This document shows positions 43,755 to 53,300 of a stretch of 64,000 nt of DNA, in pieces. The stretch comes from Dehalococcoidia bacterium. GTDB taxonomy: Bacteria > Chloroflexota > Dehalococcoidia > UBA2979. How positions within the stretch are numbered: position 1 is the stretch's first letter; each line of letters begins with the position of its first letter. The notes beneath the pieces were generated by a model that saw only the letters and a program-made list of their open reading frames with translations, did not search any database and had not been told where the DNA came from. The stretch lies in the NCBI GenBank assembly GCA_041390625.1, contig JAWKPM010000002.1, positions 130,924 through 194,923 of the forward strand, in the 5' to 3' direction. Both the position numbers and the translations under genes were made by a program.

Positions 43755-45266
43755 ATGACCCTCGCGAAGGTTCGCAGCGGCGCGCTGATCGGCATCGACG
43801 GCATCCCCGTCGAGGTCGAGGTGGACATCGGCTCTGGCCTGCCCGCCTTCAACATCGTGGGCTTGCCCGACACCGCTGTGCAGGAGGCGCGCGAGCGCGT
43901 CCGCGCCGCGATTCGCAACGCCGGCTTCGAGTTCCCCCTTCGCCGCATCACGGTCAACCTCGCGCCGGCCGACGTCCGCAAGGAAGGCCCGATCTACGAC
44001 CTGCCCATCGCCGTGGCGATCCTCGTCGCCTCGGGTCAGGTCGAGGACCGCTTCGGCGACGCCGTCCTGCTCGGTGAGCTCTCGCTCGATGGCCAGCTGA
44101 GGCACGTCAACGGCGTGCTGCCACTGGTGGCGATGTGTGCCACCGAGCACATCGAGGTCGCCGTCGTGCCCGCCGAGGACCTCGCCGAGGCGCGCATGGT
44201 CGAGGGCGTCCGTGCACTCGGCCTCTCGATGCTGTCGCGCATCGCCGAGGACCCCGCTGCCTGGCCGGACGAGGCCCTCGAGGCGGCCGAGCCGCCGTCC
44301 ATCGAGACGCACGACATCTCGGTGGTGCAGGGCCAGGAGCACGTGAAGCGCGCCCTCGAGGTTGCCGCCTCGGGCGGACATAACGTGATGCTGCAGGGGC
44401 CTCCCGGCTCCGGCAAGACGCTACTCGCGAGGGCGCTGCCCGGCCTCCTGCCGCCGCTGACGCCCGACGAGGCCCTCGATGTCACGAAGATCTACTCGGT
44501 GGGCGGCATGCTCGGTCGCAACCAGGCGCTGGTGCACGAGCGGCCGTTTCGCGCGCCGCACCACACCGTGTCGCACGCCGGGCTCGTCGGCGGCGGGACG
44601 CGCATCCGCCCGGGCGAGGTGTCACTGGCCCATCGAGGCGTGCTCTTCCTCGACGAGTTCCCCGAGTTCGGCGCGACCGCCCTCGAGTCGTTGCGCGAAC
44701 CGCTCGAGTCCGGCCTCGTGACGATCACGCGCGTCCGGGGTTCGGTGACGTTCCCCGCCTCGTTCCTGCTCATCGCCGCGATGAACCCATGCCCCTGCGG
44801 CTACTACGGCGACACGAAGCGCGCATGCACCTGCGCCGAGGCGACCGTCTCGAGGTACCAGCGGCGCATCTCCGGCCCGCTCCTCGACCGCTTCGACATC
44901 TTCATCGACGTCCCGAGGGTCGAGTACGGCGAGCTCACCGGTGCGCCCTCGGGCGAGACCTCTGAGGTCGTGCGAGAGCGCGTGGCCCGAGCGCGCTCCG
45001 TCCAGCTCGAGCGGCTGCGCGCGGCACGCATGACAGTCAACTCGGACATGGGCCCGCTGGAGGTGCGTCGCTACTGCCAGGAGTTGCTCGTGCCGGGCGC
45101 GCAGCCGCTCCTCGCCGGCGCGATGGAGCAACTCGGCCTTTCGGCTCGCGCGTTCCATCGAGTGCTGAAGGTCGCGCGCACGATCGCCGACCTCGCGGGC
45201 TCCGAGGTCATCGAGACGCCGCACCTCGCCGAGGCGATTCAGTACCGCCGTCGCGGTCGCGACTAG
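43755..45266 (+). CDS. YifB/ComM-family Mg-chelatase-like AAA+ ATPase
   Basis: Lon-like N-domain (GIDGIPVEVEVDI), Walker A GPPGSGKT, Walker B VLFLDEF, and the CPCGYYGD...CTC zinc segment. 503 aa. Confidence 0.9.
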   Translation: MTLAKVRSGALIGIDGIPVEVEVDIGSGLPAFNIVGLPDTAVQEARERVRAAIRNAGFEFPLRRITVNLAPADVRKEGPIYDLPIAVAILVASGQVEDRFGDAVLLGELSLDGQLRHVNGVLPLVAMCATEHIEVAVVPAEDLAEARMVEGVRALGLSMLSRIAEDPAAWPDEALEAAEPPSIETHDISVVQGQEHVKRALEVAASGGHNVMLQGPPGSGKTLLARALPGLLPPLTPDEALDVTKIYSVGGMLGRNQALVHERPFRAPHHTVSHAGLVGGGTRIRPGEVSLAHRGVLFLDEFPEFGATALESLREPLESGLVTITRVRGSVTFPASFLLIAAMNPCPCGYYGDTKRACTCAEATVSRYQRRISGPLLDRFDIFIDVPRVEYGELTGAPSGETSEVVRERVARARSVQLERLRAARMTVNSDMGPLEVRRYCQELLVPGAQPLLAGAMEQLGLSARAFHRVLKVARTIADLAGSEVIETPHLAEAIQYRRRGRD

Positions 45267-45288
45267 CGACGAATCGAGGGGATACGAG

Positions 45289-45723
45289 CTATCGAGGCGG
45301 CCCCGCGAGCCACCCGCGGATGGCGCCCCCCAGCCGGGCCGTCATCGAGGCGGGTGAGGCATCGATCGATCCGGAGTGCACCACCCAGCAGGCGTACCAC
45401 TCGGCATCGGTGTCCCAGCAGTAGTCGGAGACCCACGCGGGCCTCGTGGCGGGGCGCGCGCCGTTGATCGGGCTCGCGTTCATCAACCCGTCGTCGAGGC
45501 AGTCGTAGGCGTGGGCCAGCTCGTGCACGATCGTCTCGAGGCGCACGCCGGTGCCCAGCCACATGATCGGTGCGCCGTCGGACGGGCACCCCAGGGCGGC
45601 TTCGGCCTCGCGCGCGTTGCCATAGAGGTCGGTGAACTTCACCGCGCCGTCGACATGGCGCACGTCGATCTGGGTGCCGACGAGGCCCCAGAGCGTGACG
45701 AAGAGTGCGAACAGCGTCGACAT
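45289..45723 (-). CDS. Small exported protein with HExxH motif
   Basis: N-terminal hydrophobic segment MSTLFALFVTLWGLVG. VHELAHAYDCLDDG. 144 aa. Confidence 0.5.
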   Translation of the reverse strand: MSTLFALFVTLWGLVGTQIDVRHVDGAVKFTDLYGNAREAEAALGCPSDGAPIMWLGTGVRLETIVHELAHAYDCLDDGLMNASPINGARPATRPAWVSDYCWDTDAEWYACWVVHSGSIDASPASMTARLGGAIRGWLAGPPR

Positions 45724-45871
45724 CGAGGCACCTGCGAGCGAGGAACGCCATTACGACGCTCTTCAGGGCTTTCCCCATGTATCGACGCCTCCCGACCGCT
45801 TCCTAAGGGTTGACGACGCTGCGTTTACGCCGCTCTTGCGAGGCCGCAACTTCCCCCGCACACTGCCCCGC

Positions 45872-47017
45872 ATGACGAAGCTCACATCGAGGCCCGGCGC
45901 GCTCCCGTTCCGCATCGAGTTCGGACGGCGCGCCATCGAGGACCTGCATCGCCGCCTGGATGGCGCGCGCTGGCCCGACCGCCGCTTCGATGCCGGCTGG
46001 GATGCCGGCACGAACGACGCCGTCCTGCGCGACCTCGTGCACTACTGGCGGCGCGAGTTCGACTGGTTCGAGTGGCAGGAGCGCCTCAACCAGCTCCCGC
46101 AGATCCGAGCCCCGCTCTCCGACCTCGAGGAGACGCACGCGGTCGTGCTCGCGGGCTCCGGCGAGCGCCGTATCCCGCTGCTGCTGCTTCACGGCTGGCC
46201 CGGCTCGTTCATCGAGCTCCTGCCGGCGGCCGAGCGCCTCGCGGCCGACGAGGGCGCACCCGGCTTCGATGTCGTGGTGCCCTCGCTGCCCGGCTACGGC
46301 TTTTCCGATGCGCCCCTCGAGCCGGGCATGCACCCCGGCCGCATCGCCGAGCGCATGCACAGCCTCATGACGTTGCTCGGCTACGAGCGCTACATCGTGC
46401 AGGGTGGTGACTGGGGCGCGATCGTCGGCGCGCGGCTCGCGCACGCCCATCCCGAGGCGCTGATCGGCCTCCACCTGAACTTCCCAGCGCTCGCCCCCGA
46501 CGACGCCCAGACCGACGAGGAGCGCGAAGCCGCCGACCGCAGTGCGCGGTGGCGCGCGCGTGAGTCTGCCTACGGCGCCGTGCAGGGCACGAAGCCGCAG
46601 ACGCTCGCCTACGGGCTCACCGACTCACCCATCGGGCAGCTGGCGTGGATCCTCGAGAAGTTCTGGGCTTGGAGCAACCACGGTGACGACCTGTGGGACA
46701 CCTTCGACCGCGACCACCTGCTGGCGAATGTGACGCTCTACTGGCTCACCGGCACCGCGCTGTCCTCGGCACGCACCTACCTCGAGGCGCGGCGCGAGCA
46801 GCCCCCGTTCCGTCTCGAGAGCCGCATCGAGGTGCCGACCGCCTTCGCCCGCTACCCCGCCGAGCCCTGGTTCGTGCCGCGCTCGTCCATGGACCGTGCC
46901 TACAACCTCGTGCGCTGGACCGAGGCGCCTCGGGGTGGGCACTTCGCGGCGATGGAGCAGCCGGAGTGGTTCGCGAACGACGTCGCGGCCTTCGCGCGCG
47001 AGGTGGCCTCGGCATAG
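45872..47017 (+). CDS. Epoxide hydrolase (alpha/beta hydrolase with EHN N-terminal domain)
   Basis: LLLLHGWPGSF oxyanion motif, QGGDWGA nucleophile elbow and an EHN-like N-terminus (FRIEFGRRAIEDLHRRLDGARWPD). Start at ATG 45872. Confidence 0.85.
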   Translation: MTKLTSRPGALPFRIEFGRRAIEDLHRRLDGARWPDRRFDAGWDAGTNDAVLRDLVHYWRREFDWFEWQERLNQLPQIRAPLSDLEETHAVVLAGSGERRIPLLLLHGWPGSFIELLPAAERLAADEGAPGFDVVVPSLPGYGFSDAPLEPGMHPGRIAERMHSLMTLLGYERYIVQGGDWGAIVGARLAHAHPEALIGLHLNFPALAPDDAQTDEEREAADRSARWRARESAYGAVQGTKPQTLAYGLTDSPIGQLAWILEKFWAWSNHGDDLWDTFDRDHLLANVTLYWLTGTALSSARTYLEARREQPPFRLESRIEVPTAFARYPAEPWFVPRSSMDRAYNLVRWTEAPRGGHFAAMEQPEWFANDVAAFAREVASA

Positions 47018-47053
47018 TCCCAAGGTCAGGGGCTGCCGTAGACTGATCCGAAA

Positions 47054-47128
47054 GCCCTCGTAGCTCAGTGGATAGAGCACCGGCCTCCGGAGCCGGGGGC
47101 GCAGGTTCGAGTCCTGCCGAGGGTACCA
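47054..47128 (+). tRNA. tRNA-Arg (anticodon CCG), CCA encoded
   Basis: Cloverleaf folded by hand: acceptor GCCCTCG/CGAGGGT, D arm GCTC-AGTGGATA-GAGC, anticodon arm CCGGC-CTCCGGA-GCCGG, T arm GCAGG-TTCGAGT-CCTGC, then A-CCA. Confidence 0.9.
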
Positions 47129-47228
47129 GGCACACCACCGCGGTTTGTTGGGCGCTGCCGCGCCGCTGCGGTCGGTTCTCGATGTTCATCGGGTGAGCGA
47201 TGCGCAGGACGCGCGTTCGGAGGTCGAG

Positions 47229-48068
47229 TTGAGTCGGCGGGGTGGCAACCAGCGGCGCGAGGAGCAGCGCCGCATCCGTCAGCGCCAGCGGCGCCAGCAA
47301 CGTCAGATGTCCTCGTACGAGCCGGTCGGCGCAGTCGAGTTCGGCGGCGTGATCGGCTTCTTCCAGCGGCACACGCGGCTGTTCTTCATCGGCGGCATCA
47401 TCCTGATGGTCGCCAGCCTGGGTGCAGTGTTCTTCCCGCGAGGGACGCCGGCCGCGAACGTCGACACGCCGACCGCGACCTCCACCGCCGACGCGTCTGC
47501 CACGGCTACCGAGGAGGCGTCCGCCACCCCAACCGAGGACCCGATCCAGCGCGTCTACAACGCGCCGCCGCCCCTCGAGATCGACCCGACGGCGACCTAC
47601 GAGGCCGTGATTCACACCTCGAACGGCGACGTGACGGTCGAGCTCCTGCCGCAAGACGCCGAGGGGTACGTCAACAACTTCGTCTTCCTCGCACAGAATC
47701 AGTTCTACGACGGCCTGAGCTTCCACCGAGTCGTCCCGGGCTTCGTCGCCCAGGCCGGCGCGACCGACCAGGAGACCGGCGCCGGCGGGCCCGGCTACAC
47801 GCTGCCCCCGGAGTCGAACGATCTGAGTTTCGATGAGGGCGTGCTGGCGATGGCCACGAGCCCGCTCGGGGTCTCCGGTTCGCAGTTCTTCGTCACCCTC
47901 GGTCCGCAGCCGGGCCTCGCGGGCGACTTCACCGTCTTCGGGCGGGTCACCGGGGGCCTCGACGTCCTCGAGACGCTGCCAGCGCGCGACCCGTTCGACG
48001 ACCAGCCGGACGAGCCCGGCCTCGAGATCCTTGGCATCGACATCACTGAGCAGCCGGCCGGCGGCTAA
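47229..48068 (+). CDS. Membrane-anchored cyclophilin-type peptidyl-prolyl isomerase
   Basis: Cyclophilin core (FHRVVPGFVAQAG...GSQFFVT) after a TM helix and a Thr/Ala-rich linker. The TTG at 47229 has GGAGG 5 nt upstream. Alternative ATG at 47307. Confidence 0.8.
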   Translation: MSRRGGNQRREEQRRIRQRQRRQQRQMSSYEPVGAVEFGGVIGFFQRHTRLFFIGGIILMVASLGAVFFPRGTPAANVDTPTATSTADASATATEEASATPTEDPIQRVYNAPPPLEIDPTATYEAVIHTSNGDVTVELLPQDAEGYVNNFVFLAQNQFYDGLSFHRVVPGFVAQAGATDQETGAGGPGYTLPPESNDLSFDEGVLAMATSPLGVSGSQFFVTLGPQPGLAGDFTVFGRVTGGLDVLETLPARDPFDDQPDEPGLEILGIDITEQPAGG

Positions 48069-48120
48069 CGACCTCGAGGCGCCGAGGCGCGCATCGAGGC
48101 ACTGAAGGGACATTCAACAA

Positions 48121-48630
48121 ATGGCGAAGCGCTACGACGCCGCACCCGAGATGACGATCGACCCGGCGAAGACCTATGTCGCTCGGATGCAGACCGACAA
48201 AGGCGAGATCGCGATTCGGCTGCGGTCGGACATCGCCCCCGTCAGCGTGAACAGCTTCGTCTTCCTCGCTCGCGAGGGCTTCTACGACGGCTGCACGTTC
48301 CACCGGGTCCTACCCGGCTTCGTCGCGCAGGGCGGCGACCCGACCGGCTCGGGCAGCGGTGGTCCCGGCTACACGATTCAGGACGAGCTCTCAGATGTCC
48401 CGTTCGGTGCCGGGACGCTCGGCATGGCGAACGCCGGCCCGAATACGAACGGCTCGCAGTTCTTCATCGGCCTCGGTGACGCGCCCCACCTGACGGGCCG
48501 CTACACCGTCTTCGGCGAGGTGACCGAGGGCATGGACGTGGTCCAGGCGATCACGCCGCGCGACCCCTCCCGAGGCGGGAACCTGCCTTCCGGCGACACG
48601 ATCCGGTCCGTCACGATCGACGAGGACTAA
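48121..48630 (+). CDS. ppiB: Cyclophilin-type peptidyl-prolyl isomerase
   Basis: FHRVLPGFVAQGGDPTGSGSGGPGY...GSQFFI. 169 aa. Confidence 0.9.
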   Translation: MAKRYDAAPEMTIDPAKTYVARMQTDKGEIAIRLRSDIAPVSVNSFVFLAREGFYDGCTFHRVLPGFVAQGGDPTGSGSGGPGYTIQDELSDVPFGAGTLGMANAGPNTNGSQFFIGLGDAPHLTGRYTVFGEVTEGMDVVQAITPRDPSRGGNLPSGDTIRSVTIDED

Positions 48631-48693
48631 CCCCTAAGGGTTCTCGGCGCCAACCTGGCAGACTCGGCCCGAATTCGGTACTGAATCCAGCCT

Positions 48694-48717
48694 CTCCTAC
48701 CGACGATCCGGTAGGAG
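48694..48717 (+). promoter_or_regulatory. Hairpin overlapping the Shine-Dalgarno of the HD-GYP gene
   Basis: CTCCTACCG-ACGATC-CGGTAGGAG, a 9-bp stem. GGAGG lies at 48714..48718 and the ATG at 48724. Confidence 0.35.
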
Positions 48718-48723
48718 GCATCC

Positions 48724-50163
48724 ATGCCTGCGTCTGCACGCGTCCTGCTGGTGGGGGCACCGGAACCGTCCGGCGCCCTGCGTGCCGCGTTGACCGAAGC
48801 CGCCTTCGAGGTCCAGGCCGAGGTCGAGCCGCTGCGTGCCTGCACGCTGCTCCGCAGTCAGGCCTTCGATGCCGTGGTCGCCCGCCTCCCGCAGCCGGGC
48901 ACCGATGCCCTCGCCCTCGTCCGCGCCGCGCGCCGCCACTCGCCTCCGGCCGTCACCGTCTTCCACTTCGACGAGGCAGGCCCCGACGGCGCAGTCCTCG
49001 AGACCGTCAGTCGCGCCCCCGAGACGGCCGTGGTGACCAGTGCCGAGCCGGCCGCCACCATCGGCGCCGTGCAGTCGCTCCTGCGCGGCGAGCCGGTCGT
49101 GTCCGCGCCCGCGGACGCCGAGGGCGGCACCGAGCCCCTCGATGGCCTGCTGACCTCGATCGAGGCCGCCGGAACCGCCCGCTCGACCGCCGACCTCGAG
49201 GCCGTCCGTGCCCGCCTCCCCGAGGCCGCGCTCGGCGCGTCCGGCAGCCGTGCCGCATGGCTCGTGACCTGGGATCCCGAGGGCGGTCGAGTGCTCCGCA
49301 CGCGCGACGCCGCTGCCCCGCCCGGACTGGCCGCCGAGGTGCGCCTCGCGCGCCGGCCCCTCGTGCGCCACGGTCGAGGCGAATCGGCCTCGTTCCTCGG
49401 TGTGCCTGTCGAGGCCGATGACGCCGTCACCGCCGCCCTCCTCATCGAATTCGAGTCGGGCGTCGATGCCTCGGGCGGCCTCCCCTTCGCCGAGGCCCTG
49501 ACGCGCCTCGCCGAGCTCAGCGAGGTGACGGTGCGCCTGCGCGAGCGCGTCGAACGCTCACCGAACGCACTGACGACGACCCTCTGGACGGCCCTCGCGC
49601 TGCGAGGACTCGACGTCGAGGGCCATGCGCGCCGCGTCGCCGAGACCGCCGTCTCGCTCGGGCGCGCGATGGGCTTTGCGCCCTCGGACGGCGCCCTCCT
49701 CGACGTGCGCTGGGCGGCGCTGCTCCACGATGTGGGGAAGCTCGGTCTGCCTGACGACGTGCTTGCCGGCGAGACGCTCACCGAGGCGCAGCGCGCCGCC
49801 CGAAGGCAGCACCCGCTCCTCGCGGAGCGCGTGCTCAGCGGCTGGCCCCAGCTCGAAGGCGCAGCGCGCCTCGTGCGGTCGTCTCACGAGCGCTGGGATG
49901 GGTCCGGATTCCCCGATGGTCTCAGCGGTGACGCGATCCCCCTCGGCTCGAGGGTGCTGGCCGTCGCCGATGCCTGGGACACGTTCGCCGCGGGTGCGGA
50001 CGCGCGCAACGAGCGAGGCGGTGCGGACCTCCTCGAGGCCGTACGACGGCACGCTGGCGCACGCTTCGATCCCGAAATCGTGGAAGCGCTCGAGTACCTG
50101 ACCTCGAGCCGCGTGATTCCGAGGGTGGTCGGTCCCTCGGACGAGGGGCTAGCGGTTGCGTGA
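48724..50163 (+). CDS. HD-GYP-domain protein with degenerate N-terminal receiver
   Basis: C-terminal LLHDVGKLGLPDDVL and SHERWDGSGFPDG (HD-GYP). The N-terminal REC-like fold lacks the acidic pocket (VLLVGAPEP, FDAVVARLPQPG). Confidence 0.8.
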   Translation: MPASARVLLVGAPEPSGALRAALTEAAFEVQAEVEPLRACTLLRSQAFDAVVARLPQPGTDALALVRAARRHSPPAVTVFHFDEAGPDGAVLETVSRAPETAVVTSAEPAATIGAVQSLLRGEPVVSAPADAEGGTEPLDGLLTSIEAAGTARSTADLEAVRARLPEAALGASGSRAAWLVTWDPEGGRVLRTRDAAAPPGLAAEVRLARRPLVRHGRGESASFLGVPVEADDAVTAALLIEFESGVDASGGLPFAEALTRLAELSEVTVRLRERVERSPNALTTTLWTALALRGLDVEGHARRVAETAVSLGRAMGFAPSDGALLDVRWAALLHDVGKLGLPDDVLAGETLTEAQRAARRQHPLLAERVLSGWPQLEGAARLVRSSHERWDGSGFPDGLSGDAIPLGSRVLAVADAWDTFAAGADARNERGGADLLEAVRRHAGARFDPEIVEALEYLTSSRVIPRVVGPSDEGLAVA

Positions 50164-50352
50164 CGCCGCGGCGGCGCGGCGTTCAACCAGCACCATGAGT
50201 CCAAAGGACGGCAAGAAGAGGATGAAGGCGACCAGGGACGGCACGATGAGCCCGCCGATGAGCAACAACAGCCCCACCGACAGCGCGAACGCCATCCCGA
50301 GGATCGACCCGATGCGGGCCACGAGGACGTAGGGCGGAATACTCTCGAGCAT
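50149..50352 (-). CDS. Small two-helix membrane protein
   Basis: 67 aa from ATG 50352. High GC3 and two clear hydrophobic helices. It fills the gap between two plus-strand genes. The longer ORF-track N-terminus was rejected. Confidence 0.45.
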   Translation of the reverse strand: MLESIPPYVLVARIGSILGMAFALSVGLLLLIGGLIVPSLVAFILFLPSFGLMVLVERRAAAASRNR

Positions 50353-53300
50353 GCGACTGCTGCAAATGCTAGCAACGCCCCGGACGGCCCACAACGAGGC
50401 CGGCGATCCCGAGCTCCAGGAGCGTCGGGCCGATGTCCGTTCGCTCTTGGTCCTCCGGCGCGCGGGCGCGTTCGCGACCGTGGCTGTCATCGCCGGCGCG
50501 CTGCTCGGCGTCCTCAGCATTCAGCACTCGACGCTCGCTGTCCTGGTCGTGGCCGCGGTCTCGCTGGAGATCGGGTACCAGCTGCCGCTTCGTGCCCGGA
50601 CCGTCGAGAGCCTCCAGAACCGTCTCATGTTCCCGACGCTGCTCTACGCGACGCAGATGGTCGCCTTCATGCACTACGCCGCCGACATGCTGTGGTTGCC
50701 CACCCTGGGGCTCGGGCTGAACGGAGTGGTCGCGGCGGTGACGCTTTCTTCCCGTCGCGTGATCATCGTCACGGTCTACTCGTGCGTCGCTTTCCTCGCG
50801 TATGCGCTCCTGGCATTCAGCGGAGTCGTCGATGCGCATCCGGTGTTTGCTGGGGGTGCGATCGCGCCCGAGCTCAGCCCCGCCTCCGAGACGCCGGAGA
50901 GGATGTGGCTGACCTTCGTCTCGATCCTGCTGCTCACGACCTTCATGCTCCCGGCGCTGCCATTCGTCGCGCACTCCGTCACCCACCGCCTGCGGACCAC
51001 GCGCGATGCCCTCGCCCGCACCTCGAACCAGCTCGCTGCGGCGCGCGCGGAGGTCGAGGCGTCGCGTGAGCAGCTCGCCCAGTGGAATGCCCAGCTCCAC
51101 GACGAGATCGGCCGCAAGACCGCGGACCTCGAGGCGCAGAACCGCTACCTCGCCGGCCTGAACGCAATCTCCTTCGCCCTGACAGGGCAGATCGGCGACC
51201 GTGCGGCCTACGAGCGCGTCGCTCGCCTGGTCGTACGCATCCTCGAGCTCGAAGTCGCGCAGCTGCACACTCGAGGCGCGAACGAGGCCTTCGAGGTCAT
51301 CGCGACGGTTGCCGACTCCTCCGAGCCGCCACCCCCGGTGCCGTTCGACGAGTCCGTCATCGAGGCCGCGGCGCGTGAGGGGATGCCGGTCTTCAACGGC
51401 TCGCCCGGGTCGTCCGAGGAACCGTGGGTATCCGCGCTCGTGCCGGTCGCCAGCAAGGGCGAGGTGCTCGGCGTCCTCACCGTCTCCGGCCGCCGCAAGC
51501 GGCCGTGGACCGACCAGGACCGTCACCTGCTGGCGTTTGTCGGTCGCGAGCTCGGCTCCGCCATCGAGGCAGCAACGCTGTACGGTGCCGCGGTCGCCAC
51601 CTCGGACCAGGAGGCAACCCTCAGCGAGGTGCTGCGTGCACTTGCCTCGGAAGCCGACCTCGATCGAGCCGTGGGACGCGCCCTCGACGTGCTGAGCCGC
51701 CGCCTCGGGGCCGTGTTCGTGGGCGTGCGCGCCCGCCTGGGGGCGCAGCCGGGCGCCAACAGGGCGTCGACCCTGGCGGTGACCGTCGCCCGGGCATCCG
51801 CCGAGGGCACACGCTCGACCGCGTACGACGGCCTCGCCGCGACCTCGGCTTCGCTCGTCCGCGACCGAGACCGCCCGCTCATCTTGGGCCCGCGCGGAGA
51901 GGACGTGCTCTCCGACGCGACGCGGCAGCTCGGGCTTGGCTCGATGGCGATCGCGCCGGTGATCGCCGCCCGGGTAGATGAGGCCCTTGGTACCGGACGA
52001 CCCGCCCGGCCGAGCGTGGTCGGTGCACTGGTGCTCGGTGCGTCGTCGGAGCAGCACATCGGCCGCGAGCACGCCGACCTGCTCGGTCGCATCGCCGACG
52101 GTATTGGGCGCCGTCTCGAGGCCGAGGACCTCGTCCGAGTTCAATCTCGCCGAATTCGTGAGCTGTCCGGCCTCGCCCGCGTGGCGGCCGTCGTCCAGTC
52201 CACCGTCGACACGAGTCGCCTCTACGCCGGCTTTGCCCAGGCGATGTCTGAGCTCACCGAGTATCGACGCCTGGCGGTCGCGCGCTTCGACGAGTCATCG
52301 GCGATGGTCGAGGTGTCGTCGTACCTCGATCGAGGGCGCGCGGCGTCGCCGAGCGCGTCCCGCACGTCCGACGAGTCCCATCGCTGGTACGACGCCCGCG
52401 TGCCGCTCGCGTGGGCGCGCGACATCGAGGCGCCGCCTTCCTGGGTCTCGCCGGAGGACGACTACGGCATCGTCGTGCCGCTCCGCCCCCGAGGAGTGAA
52501 GCTTGGGCTCGTCTTCGTCGCCACCGTCGACGCGCCGTCCGAGGACCTCGTCGCGATCGCGGGCCAGGCCGTCGAGCAGCTCGCGCTCGCCCTCGACAGT
52601 GCGACCCTGTTCCGCCAGGCCACCGACCGCGCGGCCCGCATCCAGGTGCTCGGGCACCTGGCCCGCATCGTCGCCTCGGCCGCCGATCTTCGCGAGGCGT
52701 TCGGGGCATTCTCCGATGAAGTCCGCTGGCTCATCCCGTTCGATCGGGCAGTGATGCTCCTCGTCGACCGCAGTGGCGAGGTCCTGCCGTACGCAACCTA
52801 TCCCGAGACCGTCGATGCCCCGGCGGGCGACGCAGCCACTCGTTTCGCGCGCGAGGCGATCGAGGCTGGTCAACCGACGGCCTTCGCGCGCGCCGACGGC
52901 CAGTCCCGCGACGAGGAGTGGGCCGCCTTCGGCCACGATGCGCGTGTCGTGGCGATGGTCCCGATCGTGACCGACGGTGGCTCCGCCGTCTTTGCGCTGA
53001 CTCGAAACAGCGACCAGCAGTTCACCTCCGAGGAGTTCGGCGCAATGCAGGAGGTCGCAGACCTGCTGGCCGTGACGATCGACCGCGTGCGCATGTACGA
53101 CGAGGCCGAGTACCAGGCCGGCCACGACTCCCTCACCGGGCTCCCCAACCTCCGCTCGCTGAACGACGAGCTCGTCGGCCTCGCGCCGGCCCTCGAGGAC
53201 GGTGGCACCGCTGCGCTCCTCATGATCGACATGGACGACCTGAAGGTCTTCAACGACATGCTCGGTCACCACGCCGGCGACCGCGTGATCCAGATCGTCG

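Noticed and set aside
47018-47306. Genomic-island signature next to tRNA-Arg (and likewise tRNA-Pro at 54826..54996)
   Set aside because: I looked for integrase genes, direct repeats of the tRNA 3' end, and compositional breaks. None was found, and the flanking genes are ordinary.
50369-52144. 591-aa minus-strand ORF (and similar ones at 52295..53425 and 53432..54139)
   Set aside because: These are antisense shadows of the GGDEF gene. They are Arg/Gly/Asp-rich and carry no motifs.
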